A stretch of 64,000 nt of DNA from Octopus vulgaris. Lineage: Eukaryota. The translations under genes were made by a program, and so were the position numbers. Shown piece by piece: positions 1 to 14,530 of the stretch (its first letter is position 1; every line of letters starts with the position of its first letter). Below the pieces are notes generated by a model, which searched no databases, was not told the origin of the DNA, and worked only from the letters and a program-made list of their open reading frames with translations. Where the stretch lies: positions 5,084,001 through 5,148,000 of the forward strand of contig OX597828.1 in NCBI GenBank assembly GCA_951406725.2, given 5' to 3'.

Positions 1-190
1 GTCTGTATCTGTCCCCCTCACCATCGCGTGACAACAGAAGATGGTATGATTACCTCCCTTTAAATGAGGGGGCGGCAAATGACACCGCTAAAATAAATAC
101 TAGGCTTACAAAGAATAAGTCTCAGGGTCGATTTCTTCGACTAAAGGCGTTTTTTCAGGATAGCCGCATTTAGATGAGTGAAACAAGTAA
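1..190 (+). mobile_element. 3' part of tRNA-derived SINE (same family as 14090-14530)
   Basis: Matches the tail of the 14090 copy (ttacaaagaataagt...gggtcga...cgactaaaggcg...gaaacaagtaa). Confidence 0.8.
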
Positions 191-732
191 TATAATATAA
201 TATAATATAAATTATATATAGTTACAGGACGTCACAAAACGTAAAGAACATGAAATACGAAGACACATTTTTTGTGAAAAACTTGAGAAACAAATAGAAA
301 GCAAGATAAGCAACATAAAGAACGATCCTTCATCAGTTGTCGGCTGTTTATCTACTCCACATTTTGAGCAAATCACGACAATATGTGTCTTCGAGAAAAT
401 AGTTGCTCCTGCAAACCAAACTAAAAGTTGGGATTTTGCGGAGGGTCAAAGTTGGTAACAAAAACAGGACAGTGAAACAAATAGTGAGGGCTGCTAAGCC
501 AGACCTGGGGAAGGTGGCGAACGCTGAGGAACATTCTTTGACAGGAGAAAAGATAGGAGAGGAGACAGACATAAATACGTCTGGTCTGTGCAACAGACCG
601 GAAGAAAAGAAAAATCAAAACGTGTGGGAAAAATATGGACGATGGTACACGTGTGAGCAACGAAAGAGTAAAGGAGGAAGAAGGAGAAAGAGGGACAGAT
701 TGAAAATATTGAAGAGGAGAAAATAATTATGG

Positions 733-772
<40 letters not shown>

Positions 773-775
773 GCA

Positions 776-1142
776 ACAAGGGCAAAAGAAAAATTCTAAT
801 GCCAAATATGCCGAAAATAGACATAATCGTCAATAACCATACAATTTATCGCTATAAGCACGCGTCTCGAAACAAGTCAACAGAAATTTCTAAAAAATTC
901 CGTTATTATCGCGTGGGTCCCAATTTCAGAGTTAATTCATATGAATTTTCTCCTCGTCAGCGATAAATACGTTAAAAAATAAATGAAATACTTACTTATA
1001 CCCATGGATAATAACGGAATTTTTTAGAAATTTCTCTTGGCTTGCTTCGAGACGCATGCTTATAGTGATAAATTATATGTTTATTGACGATTTGTCTATT
1101 TTAGCATTATTTGGCATTAGAATTTTTTCTTTTGCCCTTGTT
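776..1142. repeat. Fold-back cassette (arms ~776-918 / ~1001-1142), probable Penelope-like pseudo-LTR
   Basis: caagggcaaaagaaaaattctaatgccaaat... is the reverse complement of ...atttggcattagaattttttcttttgcccttg; starts just after a (TA)n tract; homologous to 47009-47240 and 47480-47612. Confidence 0.85.
906..966 (-). ncRNA. Type-I hammerhead ribozyme motif (degenerate cleavage site)
   Basis: Minus strand: TTATCG CTGACGA GGAG..AATTCATATGAATT..CTCT GAAA TTGGGACCCAC G CGATAA. Confidence 0.65.
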
Positions 1143-1224
1143 TATAAATTATATAAATTTAAGCTTTAAAGGTATTTTTTAATATGCTGGCCATTGAGAG
1201 AATTGTTTTCCCAAAAAATTAGAT

Positions 1225-1250
<26 letters not shown>

Positions 1251-1255
<5 letters not shown>

Positions 1256-1657
1256 TATATTAAATTAGAGATAAAACCACTATTAGGCAAATCAAACAAT
1301 GAAAAACTTAAGCCAATACATAAAATTAATTAATTTATATTATTTTAAATATATATCAAAAGTATTAAAAGTTTAATAAAAGATAATGAGTAAAACACTA
1401 CGATCGTTTCATGACTAAACCTCGCCAAGATAAATATTTCAATTACCTGAAGATTGACTGTAACCATAACTCGAATTACTACAAATTGGACAGCCATGAA
1501 ACGATCGTAGTGTTTTACTCATTATCTTTTATTAAACTTTTAATACTTTTGATATATATTTAAAATAATATAAATTAATTAATTTTATGTATTGGCTTAA
1601 GTTTTTCATTGTTTGATTTGCCTAATAGTGGTTTTATCTCTAATTTAATATAATATA
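1251..1657. repeat. Fold-back cassette with apparently perfect 163-bp arms (1251-1413 / 1495-1657) plus 3' tail to ~1743
   Basis: Arms read as exact reverse complements; flanked by (TA)n on both sides. Confidence 0.9.
1444..1512 (+). ncRNA. Hammerhead ribozyme motif
   Basis: TAC CTGAAGA TTGACTGT...ACAGCCAT GAAA CGATCG TA GTG; palindromic stem III (ACGATCGT), GUA cleavage triplet, short stem I. Confidence 0.6.
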
Positions 1658-1742
1658 ATACTTTACTATAAAATTGGATTCAATCCTAAATCTGTTTTTT
1701 CCCTGTAAGTTTGGATTTATTCCCTAATATTTTATTATTAAT

Positions 1743-1793
<51 letters not shown>

Positions 1794-2556
1794 TTTGTGT
1801 ATAAATATCGTATGCCAAAATCCAGTTTGATGACTCCATGAAAAAAAAGCACAACGGTTGTCATACCGAGGAATGCGATACAATGACACGCCCTCTCTCG
1901 CTCGCGCGCGCGCGAACGCATACATATACACACACACAAACACAAACGCAGACATACACATATATTCTATACCCTTCCACACAGTTTTAGTCTATATATA
2001 TGCCTAATGTGATTTACTTCCACCGTTTCATACGCATTAATTGCATTGCCATGGGATTTTATAACATAGAGAGAAAAAAAAAAGAATAACTGATCAAGAA
2101 AGGAATTGATTGTGAGAGACACGTCATTGGATCCAAATGATAAAGTCTTGTGCAACTTTGATGCCCCTCTGTACTACGTTCCAGTGACAAGCATTGCAAG
2201 TTGACTGTTACTATTATGATTGCAAGTTTTATGTCAGAGCATCCTTATCCGAGAAGTTCTGCATTCCCTACGTCTGTCGTACATAATGGGAGGCTCCTCT
2301 GTCCCTGATAAATGTATTGAATCCATAGAGTGAACCTTCACAGTCTATAGGTTAATCATAATTAATTGGTGACCCAACGTTTCTCACGACTCCAGAATTC
2401 CCGAATTGGAGCCGCACCAAACGATGCAGTTTAATATCATAAAATACGTACATACGCGCACGCACACACTCACACAAGTATGCACGCATGCACACACACA
2501 CACACACACACGCGCATACATTGATACATACATTCATACATACATACATTCATACA

Positions 2557-2590
<34 letters not shown>

Positions 2591-2819
2591 CATTCATACA
2601 TACATACATACATATATACATACATACATGTATACATACATACATACATACATACATTCATACATACATACATACATTCATACATACATACATACATACA
2701 TACATACATACATACATACATTTATACATACATACATACATACATACATACATACATACATACATACATACATACATACATACATGCATGCATACATACA
2801 TGCATGCATACATAGTAAT

Positions 2820-3230
2820 TTGGGATAGAGAAGAGGAAATCAGCCACCTTACGGATGTTAACATCAAGTATTGAGGAATCTACAGTTACTCAATCTAGAT
2901 TACAAGTTCAGGTTTATATCGGTAATTATTGGGGCACAGGGATAGGTAACTACCTGAATGCCAATCTTGAGAAATTTAGCTTCTCAAAACTAGAAAGAAG
3001 AAAGCTGATTCGAAGATTACAGGTCCAAGCTACCACTGCAATTGTAAAAGTTTGTAAAACATCCCAGAGTTTATCATTCAAGTATGATATATATGAATAC
3101 GTCTAGATATGCAAGTATATACATGAAAAAACATACATAAAACAAAACATATACATTAAAAGTACCCTGTTGATGTTGTTGAAATTCCAATGAAGGAGCT
3201 TTGGATCTTGAAACAAAACTGAATAATGAC
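2820..3230 (+). mobile_element. 3' fragment of an RLE-type non-LTR retrotransposon flanked by (TACA)n
   Basis: Frameshifted C-terminus ...SVIIGAQG / NLEKFSFSKLERRKLIRRLQVQATTAIVKVCKT; 3' UTR gaaattccaatgaaggag...aaaactgaataatgacatacata shared with 15920-17196. Confidence 0.6.
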
Positions 3231-3568
3231 ATACATAAATACATAAACGTGCATGTATTAAAAATAAAACTATTATATTACGTTTTTGTATAACTTGGCC
3301 AGAGCTCTCCCCATACACAACAAATCTATTATAATTACGATAATATACTATCATATTTGCAATCAGGACAACAAGAGAAAAAAGCAGTTATCATATGAGA
3401 TGGAAATTCTCAGTTGTTCTTAAGAATAGAATTTGGTGATGCATATTCGGTGATCTGTATAGCGTCTTTATAGATTTCGGGTAGGTCCTTTTCATTGTGA
3501 GAAATTTAGGGTAGGACGTAACCACGAACAAATTCGCATCCATATTTGTTGCTACTGTAACTCTAGAC

Positions 3569-3788
3569 CAGTGGATTTCAACCAAGGTTCCTCGGAACCT
3601 TAGGGCTCCGCCAGTACAGTCCGGGGGTTCCGCAAGAAGTTATAAAACTGCTAAAATCGGCAGTAATTTTTAATTCTCCTGTGCAGGTATGTGTGCATAA
3701 GACTATTAAATTATTGCACAGGGGTTCCTCGAGCCAGTGAGAATGTTTCCTTGGTGTTCCGCTCCAGCAAAAAGTTTGAAAAGCACTG
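3569..3788. mobile_element. hAT (Buster/Charlie-like) MITE
   Basis: TIRs cagtggatttcaacc / tttgaaaagcactg; exact 8-bp TSD ctctagac at 3561-3568 and 3789-3796 with central TA. Confidence 0.9.
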
Positions 3789-3849
3789 CTCTAGACACTT
3801 GCTGGTAGACCTCCCTCACTAAAGAAACAGTCATATGTGGGAATTAGGT

Positions 3850-4574
3850 GAAGAAGGCAACTCGCACTCTGTTGGTGGGTGGTGCAACAGCTGAGAAGGA
3901 ATTAGAGGTTTAGCAGACCGTCGTTGTATGTGTGTGAGGTAGGGGAGTAATTATATAGTGAAATGTAATGTCCAAAGTGGTGAGTAGGCTGGAAAAGCCG
4001 GAAGAGAAGTAAAAGAATTTGATAAGTCGAAAGGCATTTATCGGTGTGAAAGCACAAAGGAGTAGCCAAGAGTTAAAGAGTAAAATCGTTGAAGCTGGAT
4101 ATCAGTTTGATCCAGCAGGTACAGGCGAAGATGATGAAGCGGACAGGGCTGCGAGGTTTATGAGATTGGCTGAACGAATTACCTGATAAAGGAACGTCAC
4201 GTTCGACCAATGACAATAGAGGATGAAAGAAGACGTAGAGGAGTCTGCAGATAGTAGAGGACACACGCTGTTCATTGATGGGCGTGCGGCAGCTGAGCTG
4301 GAAACAATGGTAAGCGGTGTTGCGCGCTGCTGGTGCTTCTCCAGCCTGAAGGAGTCGGGTGGCCATACAATGTCAGCTTCGCTCTTCTCAGGCGGGTACT
4401 TGGCAATGTCATCACAAGTGTCGATGTTACGGATAGCTGAGTCTTTGAGTCGGGTGACATTGAGTGTTTGAGAACGTTTGTATACGAAAACAAGGACGGA
4501 AAAAAACGGAGAATGTTACAAAAATACAATAACAATGCGCGTGCACATACGCACGCACACAATATGTATGTATG

Positions 4575-4608
<34 letters not shown>

Positions 4609-5050
4609 TGTATGTATGTATGTATGTATGTATGTATGTATGTATGTGTGAGTGTGTGTAAATATATATGTGAATGTATGTATATATGTATGCATGTGAT
4701 CGCGTCTTCTCAAAACCTGGCCTACTCACCCACAAGAGTTATCAGAGAGGGCGTAGCCGAATACCAAAGTGATATCTAGCATGAACTCTCATGCACTTTG
4801 TGTAGCAGAGAATGCTTGGTTCGCCCCGAACCAAACATTATTGTAAGTCCCAATATCTAAATAGTCAAGCCGCTGCTTGAGACCTTGAGAGTCGGTGTGT
4901 AAAGATTTGAGTGGCACTTGCAGAGGCTTTTTTGAACCGGCGATATGTCATGAAGTATGGAGAGGCCGATCGCCGAATGCTTCTGGGATTGAAATGGGTT
5001 TCGGAAGTGGTCTAACGCGGTCCCGTGTCGACTCTTACCATGTACTCATA
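3850..5050 (-). mobile_element. Degenerate APE-type LINE remnant (CR1/L2/Jockey-like), interrupted by a microsatellite
   Basis: GC-richer non-repetitive block with broken frames that weakly resemble the endonuclease-RT linker; no intact motif. Confidence 0.3.
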
Positions 5051-5074
5051 TATAAAGACAGCTAGCTTGCTGAA

Positions 5075-5335
<261 letters not shown>

Positions 5336-6429
5336 ATGTATTTATTGTAGCTAAAGCGACATGTACCTATGTATGTATGTACGTATGTGTATGCATGTGT
5401 ATGAATGTACGTATATATGTATGTGTGTACATACGCATAGGTGTGTGTGTGTATTTATGCGCATCCAGTTTCCGTTGAATTTTTCTTATTCCCCTCCCTC
5501 TACATCTCCTTATTTACGCGTGTGAGATATTATGAGTGTTCGTGTGTGTATGTGTGTGTGTACGTGTGTGTGTGTGTGTGTGTGTGCGTGTGCGTATGTG
5601 TATGTGGTGGTGAGGGGGAGGACTGTACGTGCGTATCTGAGATGTAACCTACTTTTATGTAGAACATCAAATGGAATCTCGCAACTCTGACATAACAAAG
5701 AACATTACATTGTGATTTTATTTCCTTTGTCCGTTGGTCACTTGATAATACCGTATTTTTCTCCTTCTACCTCTCTATCTCTTCCTCTCCCGTTCCTTCT
5801 GTCACTCACCTCCAGCCCGGCTCCCCGCTTCCACTTCTTCTCTGTCTCTGTGTATCACTGTATCATTCCAGCTGACCTTGACACACTCGTTTTCTATTCT
5901 TCTTCTCTTCCGGTTTGGTTTTTGAATAGAACACTAAAACACAAACACACACCTTCCTAAATACACACACTCACAAACTCATTCACACACACGCAAACAC
6001 ATACAGGCGACATGTCATCGATGCATACATGGACAAAATACACACGTTGTTACGTTCATAACTACCAGCTCCGTTAGCTCGCCTTGCAACAGAGTGTATA
6101 CAACGACGAATACACTCTACTTGAACCTCAACCACTCATTGAAATGTAAACACAAATACGTATAAGGACTTTAAGAGCTAAACGCACATACACACACGAG
6201 CGCACATGCACACACACAAAAACACATACACACAAATTAGCACATACACAAAACACGCCCACTCAAATCACACACACCGACATTTTCACATCTATGAGAC
6301 GAACGTTTCCTCCCACGCATCAAAAACAATCTACACACACTTCGATACACTTATGTAGCTACATAAACAGATACAAGTGTATCTAAGTTATATCCAACGC
6401 TAAAAACTTAATTTCGCCTTCATTTTGAG

Positions 6430-6498
<69 letters not shown>

Positions 6499-6540
6499 AT
6501 CATCCATCCATCCATCCATCCATCCATCCATCCATCCATC

Positions 6541-6639
<99 letters not shown>

Positions 6640-6784
6640 GACTGTCTGTCTGTCTCTCTCTCTCTCTTTGTCTCTCTTCCTTCTCTCTCCCCTTTCTCTC
6701 CCTCCCTATCTATGTGTTTATCTGTCTGTCTAACCATATATCTATCACGTATAACGTTTTTTCGCATATATTAAAGCGTATGCT

Positions 6785-6820
<36 letters not shown>

Positions 6821-6826
6821 TATATA

Positions 6827-6879
<53 letters not shown>

Positions 6880-7149
6880 TAAACATTTATATTATAACAT
6901 ACGTATATATATATATATATAAATATATGTATATACATATATATATACACTCCCATACATACATATATATATATATATACATATAGACACACATATATAT
7001 ATAAAGAGAGATAATGAGAAAGTGAGCGAGAGAGATGCATGTATGCATACATGGATGGATGCACATAATTACATATATACGTGTAGCCATATATCCAAAA
7101 AGTATACATACGTACATGATTAGATATACACACACAAACATATATGTGC

Positions 7150-7202
<53 letters not shown>

Positions 7203-7338
7203 GGAAGTGAGAGGGAAAGACAGAGAAACCAAAAGATAGACAGCCAGATATATATTCACACACACGTGTATATGTGTGTGTGTGTGTGTTTGTGTGTGTG
7301 TGTTTGTGTGTGTGTGTTTGTGTGTGTGTGTGTTTATG

Positions 7339-7371
<33 letters not shown>

Positions 7372-7482
7372 CGACGCGATTAAAGATACATAAAAATTTC
7401 ATAATTTTCATGAATTATGCAATCTCCGTATAATCACTCTTTCATTCATACCATTACGTTCATATAAAACCATACCAACACG

Positions 7483-7527
<45 letters not shown>

Positions 7528-7621
7528 TCACACAAACAAACACACACACATGCACACAAACACACACGCACATATACACGAACATTCACAGACGAATATA
7601 TATCCATACTTACGTCCGCAC

Positions 7622-7714
<93 letters not shown>

Positions 7715-8561
7715 TATATTCACATATATACACACAAAGAACTGTATTTGTTCGGAATTTCGGAATTATCCATTCTTTTTTTTTTCTTTCTGTTTTTATT
7801 CAATTTTCGCTGCTGCAAACTCATTCATGGGTCTCCTTCGTGCGTTCTCCACGTCTTATTCTTTTTCTGGTTTTCTTTTTTCTTTTACCTCAACCCCACC
7901 ACGCCACACACACAAACTCTTTCTCTCTCACCGTCTCAATCTCTCTCTCTCTCTCTCTCTCTTTCGCTCTCGCTCACTCTCATTTCTTTCCTTCTTCCTT
8001 ATAAACTCTCTCCTTCACTTCTTTGCGTTGCATCACGTTCTCTTCTCGACTTGCTAGAAATAGCAGTCGAGTTGTCGAAATACACATCGCCTATTGTTTC
8101 GCTCCACCTTTTCCATTTTTAAGTCAAGAACACATTAGAGACTGTGACAAGGCCGCAATGCTTTTCATAATCACTCGTCTGAATGAGTCATGGCCTGTGG
8201 TTAAACAACAACAACAGCTATCTTAAGCTTACACACAAGGCCGCACACACGCATATACTAGAAACCTTATCACATTCAAAATTTCTTCCTTCCCACAATC
8301 CCTCGTATGCTTTTCCTCTCTAACCTCGCCTCATTCTTCTCTCACTCATCTTTGTGTCGTATACAATAGCTGTCTAGTCCACTTACTGACACACATAAAA
8401 AGCATTGACACACACATATATTTTCACATACATCCAAATACACAAATACCTTTCCTCGCTGCATGCCTTTTTCTCTGTGTCTCTCAATCGCTGTCTCTTT
8501 ATTTCTTGGTGTGTGTATGTTTGGCTCTCTCCCCTCCATCTCCTTCTCAGTCTCTCTCCCC

Positions 8562-8648
<87 letters not shown>

Positions 8649-8790
8649 TTTCCATTTCTATATATCTCCTCCTGCCTCTCTGCCCTTGTATCTCTCATTT
8701 CTTACGTTCAAACCACTTCCCTCTTTACCTAGACGTCTCGTAAAGATTATTCCTTTTACTTCAACTTTCTCTCTCTCCTTCTCCCTCCTT

Positions 8791-8828
<38 letters not shown>

Positions 8829-8847
8829 CATCTATCCATCTATCTGC

Positions 8848-8905
<58 letters not shown>

Positions 8906-9719
8906 GTCTGTCTGTCTCTCTCTCTCTCTATCTCGCTCTCTCTTTCTCTTTCTATACCTATCTATCCTGGAAATCTTCGCCGTTTTTTTCCCGTCTTATG
9001 TTCTTTCTTCTCACTACCTTCCACACACCTTCACACCTTTCAACATCTTTGGCTATTCTTCCTTATCAACACGTACACACTCACTATCTTTCTCTCCCTC
9101 CCTCTCTCTCTCCCTATCTCCCTCCCTCTCTCTCTCTCTGGCTCCCTCTTACACCCACACATAATTACCTTCACCATTTATCTATTTTCCAGTGACAACA
9201 ATCTCACCCATCCTCTTTTCACTATGTTTATATCATTCAGGCACTCTCTCACCCTCTCTTCAAAATGCGTTTTATTTCACACAAACCGCTGTCCAGCCCC
9301 CCCCCCCTCTTTCACTCGCCGTCTTTTATTCACCGAACACCTGCTCACTTCTTCAATTACCTTCATATTACTACAGTGTTTCATTTGGACCCTACAGCTT
9401 CTGCTCACAGTCATGTTACATTTAGGTTTGATGTGTGGGTGTACAGGTGCGCGAGTGTGCGTTTATCCGTGTTTGTGTGTGTGTGTCTGTTTATTTGAAG
9501 AGTTTAAAGCGTTGTTGTCATTATACACATCGTCATTAACATTAATATTGACCACGTCATTAATTATCGTTAGCCATAATGGTAATCAGAGTATCATCAA
9601 AACATTTCTCTCATTACCATCAGGTTTGACATCACTACAGATACTATCACGCATCCTCCTTCTTCTCTTCCACCTTCGCTTCCTCTCCCTCCTCTTCCTC
9701 CTAGTTCTTCTCCTTACCC

Positions 9720-9784
9720 TCAACATCATCATCATCTTCATCATCATCACCACCACCACCACCACCACCACCACCACCACCACC

Positions 9785-9835
<51 letters not shown>

Positions 9836-10205
9836 GCCATCACCGCCTCCGTCACAGACTGCTCATGATCACCATTATAGTTGTCATTTTCATTGTCACT
9901 CTTTTCGTCGTTGTCATCGTTATCATTATCATCATCATCATTATGATTGTCGTCGTGCATCATCAGTTTGGCTATGATGAAATCCTGTTTCTAGTTAGTT
10001 TCATTCCGATGGTGATGGCAACGGTCATTATTATAATATACATCATCATCGCTTTCGTCATCGTTGTTTTCGCCATCAATTTTGTTGCGGTCAATGTCAT
10101 CGCCGTTGTTTTCATCGTGACTTCCATCATCAGTGCTGTCGTGGTAATCATCATCACCATCACGTTCATCATCATCACCATTACCATCATCATCATCACT
10201 ATCAC

Positions 10206-10277
<72 letters not shown>

Positions 10278-10390
10278 CTTCATCATCATCATCATCGTCA
10301 TCATCATCGTCATCATCATCATCATCACCATCATCATCATCATCGTCATCATTATCATCATCAACAACAACAATACCGAAAACAACAACA
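9720..10390. repeat. (CAT)n/(CAC)n compound trinucleotide repeat
   Basis: Direct reading; source of the poly-I/poly-M ORFs. Confidence 0.9.
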
Positions 10391-10766
10391 GCAAGGATAA
10401 CAGAATGTTGACGGTATCGTCACTATGTCCGTGGTGGGTCTCATCCCTCCTCATCGTCAGGATATGAAAGCCGTGTTTATTCTCCCTTCAATCCTGAAGA
10501 TGATAATCATCATTGGTTTCGTCTTTGTCCTCATTGTCGTTGTCCTCCTCCTCTTCCTCGTCGCCGTCGCCGTTATCGCATTTTTAAACGCAACAATTTG
10601 AAACCCTGAAACCATAAAGGACTGAGTTTCATAATTTTGGGCCACTGGTGTCATATATTTTCTGTTATACAAATCTTGCCCCTTTTATAAAATTCCAAGC
10701 AGTTTCGATGCCATTCAGTAGTAAGTACCAAAGTACTCTCTTAATGTTAGCGGTAATCCACTAAAG

Positions 10767-10960
10767 AAGGCGGCGAGCTGGCAGAAACGTTAGCACGCCG
10801 GGCGAAATGCTAAGCGGTATTTCGTCTGCCGTTACGTTCTGAGTTCGAATTTCGCCGGGGTCGACTTTGTCTTTCATCATTTCGGGGTCGATAAATTAAG
10901 TACCAGTTACGCACTGGGGTCGCTCTCTGTGTTTAGCCCCTTGTGGGTAGTAAAGAAATA
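10767..10960 (+). mobile_element. tRNA-derived SINE with Nin/Deu-like central domain
   Basis: Head ggcggcgagctggcagaaacgttagc, B-box gagttcgaattt, central gtcgactttg.ctttcatc.tttcggggtcgataaattaagtaccag; 15-bp TSD ggtaatccactaaag (10752-10766, 10961-10975). Confidence 0.9.
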
Positions 10961-11548
10961 GGTAATCCACTAAAGCCAATGGCATGCGCTTGTTTGCTCT
11001 CAATGCTTACAACAAGAGGAACAATATGACTCAATGTGCTGACTTCTCATGAAAATGATTAATTGTCGTTAAATTAGCAAAATATATTATTCAATAAACG
11101 CTGGCTGAAAGAACGACCGTGACAGAAAGCTTTGAGAACGAATCATTAGGTTTTATAATTTAAAAAGAAATATTCTAGTAGATCAGTTAAATACTGTTTT
11201 CCCTTGTATTCTTTAAGCGAACTGCTTAACTATACAATCTATACAAACTATACAATCACAATCAGAATCTACAGCAATTATGATTGTAAGCATTTTGATC
11301 ATTTATTTTAATTAATATTGATTGACACAATTAAGTCAAAACATCAATGTCCCGAAGTGGTGCAGATTCACTGATTCTGTGTATTGTCAATATGTTTCGA
11401 CGGGAGGGAGGGGTAGTTCTGCGAAGACGAAATACAAAGGCAAACATATTCATGCTTAAATCAGCCGGAAAATACTAAGAATGTATATATTCATCAGTAT
11501 TCATTGTATTTCATCATATGATTTTCCCTCATGAAATGAATGATGACT

Positions 11549-11614
<66 letters not shown>

Positions 11615-11674
11615 GCCATGTTGGACCATTGCATTGTGCACGTATTTCTCTCTCCATTTTTTCCTCTCTTAATC

Positions 11675-11710
11675 CTTTCTGTCGAAGAGCGTTGACTCGA
11701 GACGTGAAAG
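11675..11710 (+). ncRNA. Minimal hammerhead-like motif, decayed copy (family of 32874-32909)
   Basis: CTTT CTGTCGAA GAGC GTTG ACTC GAGA CG TG AAAG within a ~200-bp repeat (11612-11807) bounded by (TA)n. Confidence 0.4.
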
Positions 11711-12832
11711 ACTTTTCACTTTTCCATTTAACACGTGCGTTTAACTGATACACCTTCTTGTTGTCCCTACACCTGTTTTTGTCTTTTGTTTTCTGTAAAT
11801 TTGGACTATATATATATATATATATAAATTCATAAATCTAGGATATAAATTCAAGATTCAAGTGGATCAAATCATTAAATAGTAAAGCACCAAGGTGAGG
11901 TCAGTGAAATAACTATTGGGTACAATGGGTACAAACACTATTTGAGCAACAAATACGCACTTACTAAAGTAAACACGGATTCATATTCCAGCTCTATGCA
12001 CAATCGTATGCGGCAGACTGAATATACCATGTGTTTTTTCAAATGGGTACAAACACTGAACCAATTGTACTGCACTCAATAGACTCCAGATCCACGGGAA
12101 TTCCAGGATGCAAGTAAGGTGGATAATAAATAAATAACAACATGGGTTGTGATTCCCTCAATGCAGTTGCTTACGACGTGTTTTTTTATTGATGGATAGA
12201 ATTATTACATCATGCGAAAAAAGAAAGCGTTTCATCAGGCGAATATACGTACGAATTAAAAATTTCAAAATATCTGAAATTCAAAAGCAAGACTTTCCAC
12301 AAAATTTCGGTTAGAGCTTCGTTAAACTAACCAGATTTGTAGTTTAATAAAGAGGATGGCGTTACGTCATTGAAACGGGGAGGGAAGCGAAAGTTGATTA
12401 TAGTGGAACAATGATTCCGGAAGTGGGATTGAATACTGTATATCACGTTCTACCGCATAAAAAGTTACAATTAAGATAAGGCTATTTCATTTTATTTATT
12501 TTAATCTATATATAGTTTGACGACGGAATTCTGACACAAAACTCATTCAAAAGTAATAAAAATCGAAAGGTGGAGGGACAGACACCCATATACACTCATA
12601 AGTCTATTTGAATACAAAGATAAATGTAAGAAAGCATGATAATAGATCTACTTTCACGCACTCAGACACATCCATTTATCATGAAGGAGTGGCGGCTGTG
12701 TGGTAAGAAGCACGTCAGCAGCAAAGTTATCCCAAAATCTGTCCTACGAACGGGAATGCGAAACTATCAGTAACAGTTTTAGCGATATTCTTGCTGCTTT
12801 TTTCCACCTTGTTTCGCATTTATGTGATTACT

Positions 12833-12883
<51 letters not shown>

Positions 12884-13479
12884 TTGGAATATTACAATAT
12901 TCATGCCGGTGGACACGTGTATGTTGTGTTACTCGAATACTTCCTTTAGTTTGCGTCAACTGATTCACATACATGCAAGGATATGTGCATGTATGTATGG
13001 GTAACTGGCGTGGTACATAACTACTTGTTGATTTTAAAATGATCCCAGTAACTCAGGTAAATACATCTGAGGCTATAGACACTTGTGTGTCTTCCGAATC
13101 AGTCAGGATTGTCATTGATTTGAGAGGATGTAAACAAACATGAATTTTCCAGTTTGAACATAGAACGGAAGAAAAGAGAAAAATATTTGTTTCTGACAGA
13201 AAACACACCTGTTTCTGGCTCGTTAGGCATCTTCAGCACAGTAGGCGGTGTAATTGACTCCAATAGGCATGAAGTTCTAATATATAAATAAGAGTGGAGA
13301 ACATTTAGAGTACAAAGAAACTGGAATAATTGAAAAGGAAATGAACCCAGATAAACAACTTTGAAAAGCCATTTGCATGAACTTGGTTAACTAAAGACGA
13401 AGAAATGTATATTAAATAGTATGTAAGATATATATTTGAATTATTTAAATTACCTAATAAAAATATATCTTTTATCTTT

Positions 13480-13907
13480 ATCTTTTACTTGTCATTACCT
13501 TTTCAATCATTAGATTAAGGCCATACTGGGGCACCGCATTGACTAGATTGTATTTGAATGAATGAACCACAGTACTTATTTTTTTAAAGCCTGGTACGTA
13601 TTCTATCGGCAACTTTTGTCGAACTTTTAGGTTACGGGAACGTAAACACACCAGCACCTGATTGCCAAGCATTTGTGGTGAGAGGACAAAGACAGACAAA
13701 ATGATGCCCAAACGTACAGACACACACACACACACACACACGCACGCAAATTTACACACGTGCTTCTTTCCGTGTCCGTCTACGAAATCCACTCACAAAC
13801 CTTTGGTCGGCCCAAGGCCAAAGTGGAAGACATTTGCCCAAAGTGCCGCGCTGTGGGACTGAACCCGGATCCATTTGGGTGGGAAGTAAGCTTCTTACCA
13901 CACAGCC
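13480..13907 (-). mobile_element. tRNA-derived SINE, CORE-like family
   Basis: Minus strand ggctgtgtggtaagaagctt...gggttcagtcccac.gcg.ggcactttgggcaa...gtgagtggattt. Confidence 0.85.
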
Positions 13908-14089
13908 TAAATTTGAACTATTGAAATTACGTAATTTCTAGAGAATGTAAGTAATCATTTGGTGGTGATAGCATTTGACTCCAAATGATACTCATGATAT
14001 TGCATTGACTGCTAATTCATCCTTTGTTTTCTTGACCCCTGGTCGATTCTAACATTTTCTATCTAGCATCAACTAAATAAATGTTCGAC

Positions 14090-14261
14090 GCAGGCGCAGG
14101 AGTGGCTGTGTGATAAGTAGCTTGCTTACCAACCACAGGGTTCCGGGTTCAGTCCCACTGCGTGGCACCTTAGGCAAGTGTCTTTTACTATAGCGTCGTG
14201 GCGACCGAAAGCCTTGTGAGTGGATTTGGTAGACGGAAACTGAAAGACGCCCGCCATATAT

Positions 14262-14319
<58 letters not shown>

Positions 14320-14530
14320 ATATGTTTGTGTGTCTGTGTTTGTCCCCGCAACATCACTTGATAACAGATGCTGGTGTGTTTACGTCCCCGTAACTTAGCG
14401 GTTCGGCAAAAGAGACCGATGGAATAAGTACTAAGCTTACAAAGAATAAGTCCTGGGGTCGGTTTGCTCGACTAAAGGCGGTGCTCCAGCATGGCCGCAG
14501 TCAAATGACTGAAACAAGTAAAAGATAAAG
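14090..14530 (+). mobile_element. Full-length tRNA-derived SINE, CORE-like family, with internal (TA)n
   Basis: gcaggagtggctgtgtgataagtagcttgc...gggttcagtcccactgcgtggcacctt.ggcaagtg; tail ggtgctccagcatggccgcagtcaaatgactgaaacaagtaaaaga. Confidence 0.9.

Noticed and set aside
215-345. Minus-strand CTGATGA AGGA...TCCT GTAA as a hammerhead
   Set aside because: GAAA is replaced by GTAA and stems I and III cannot be closed; at most a decayed PLE end
2352-2874. ORFs of HTYI/MYVC type (also YIYI, LSIY, CVCV, HTHT throughout the window)
   Set aside because: Translations of (TACA)n, (TA)n, (TATC)n and (CA)n microsatellites, which lack stops by composition
8506-10467. 200-230-aa hydrophobic ORFs resembling membrane proteins
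   Set aside because: Driven by (CT)n, (TATC)n and (CAT)n repeats; no domain signature
12350-12382. GAGGA TGGCG TTA CGTCA TTGAAAC hairpin as a hammerhead
   Set aside because: No CUGA and no stem I or III
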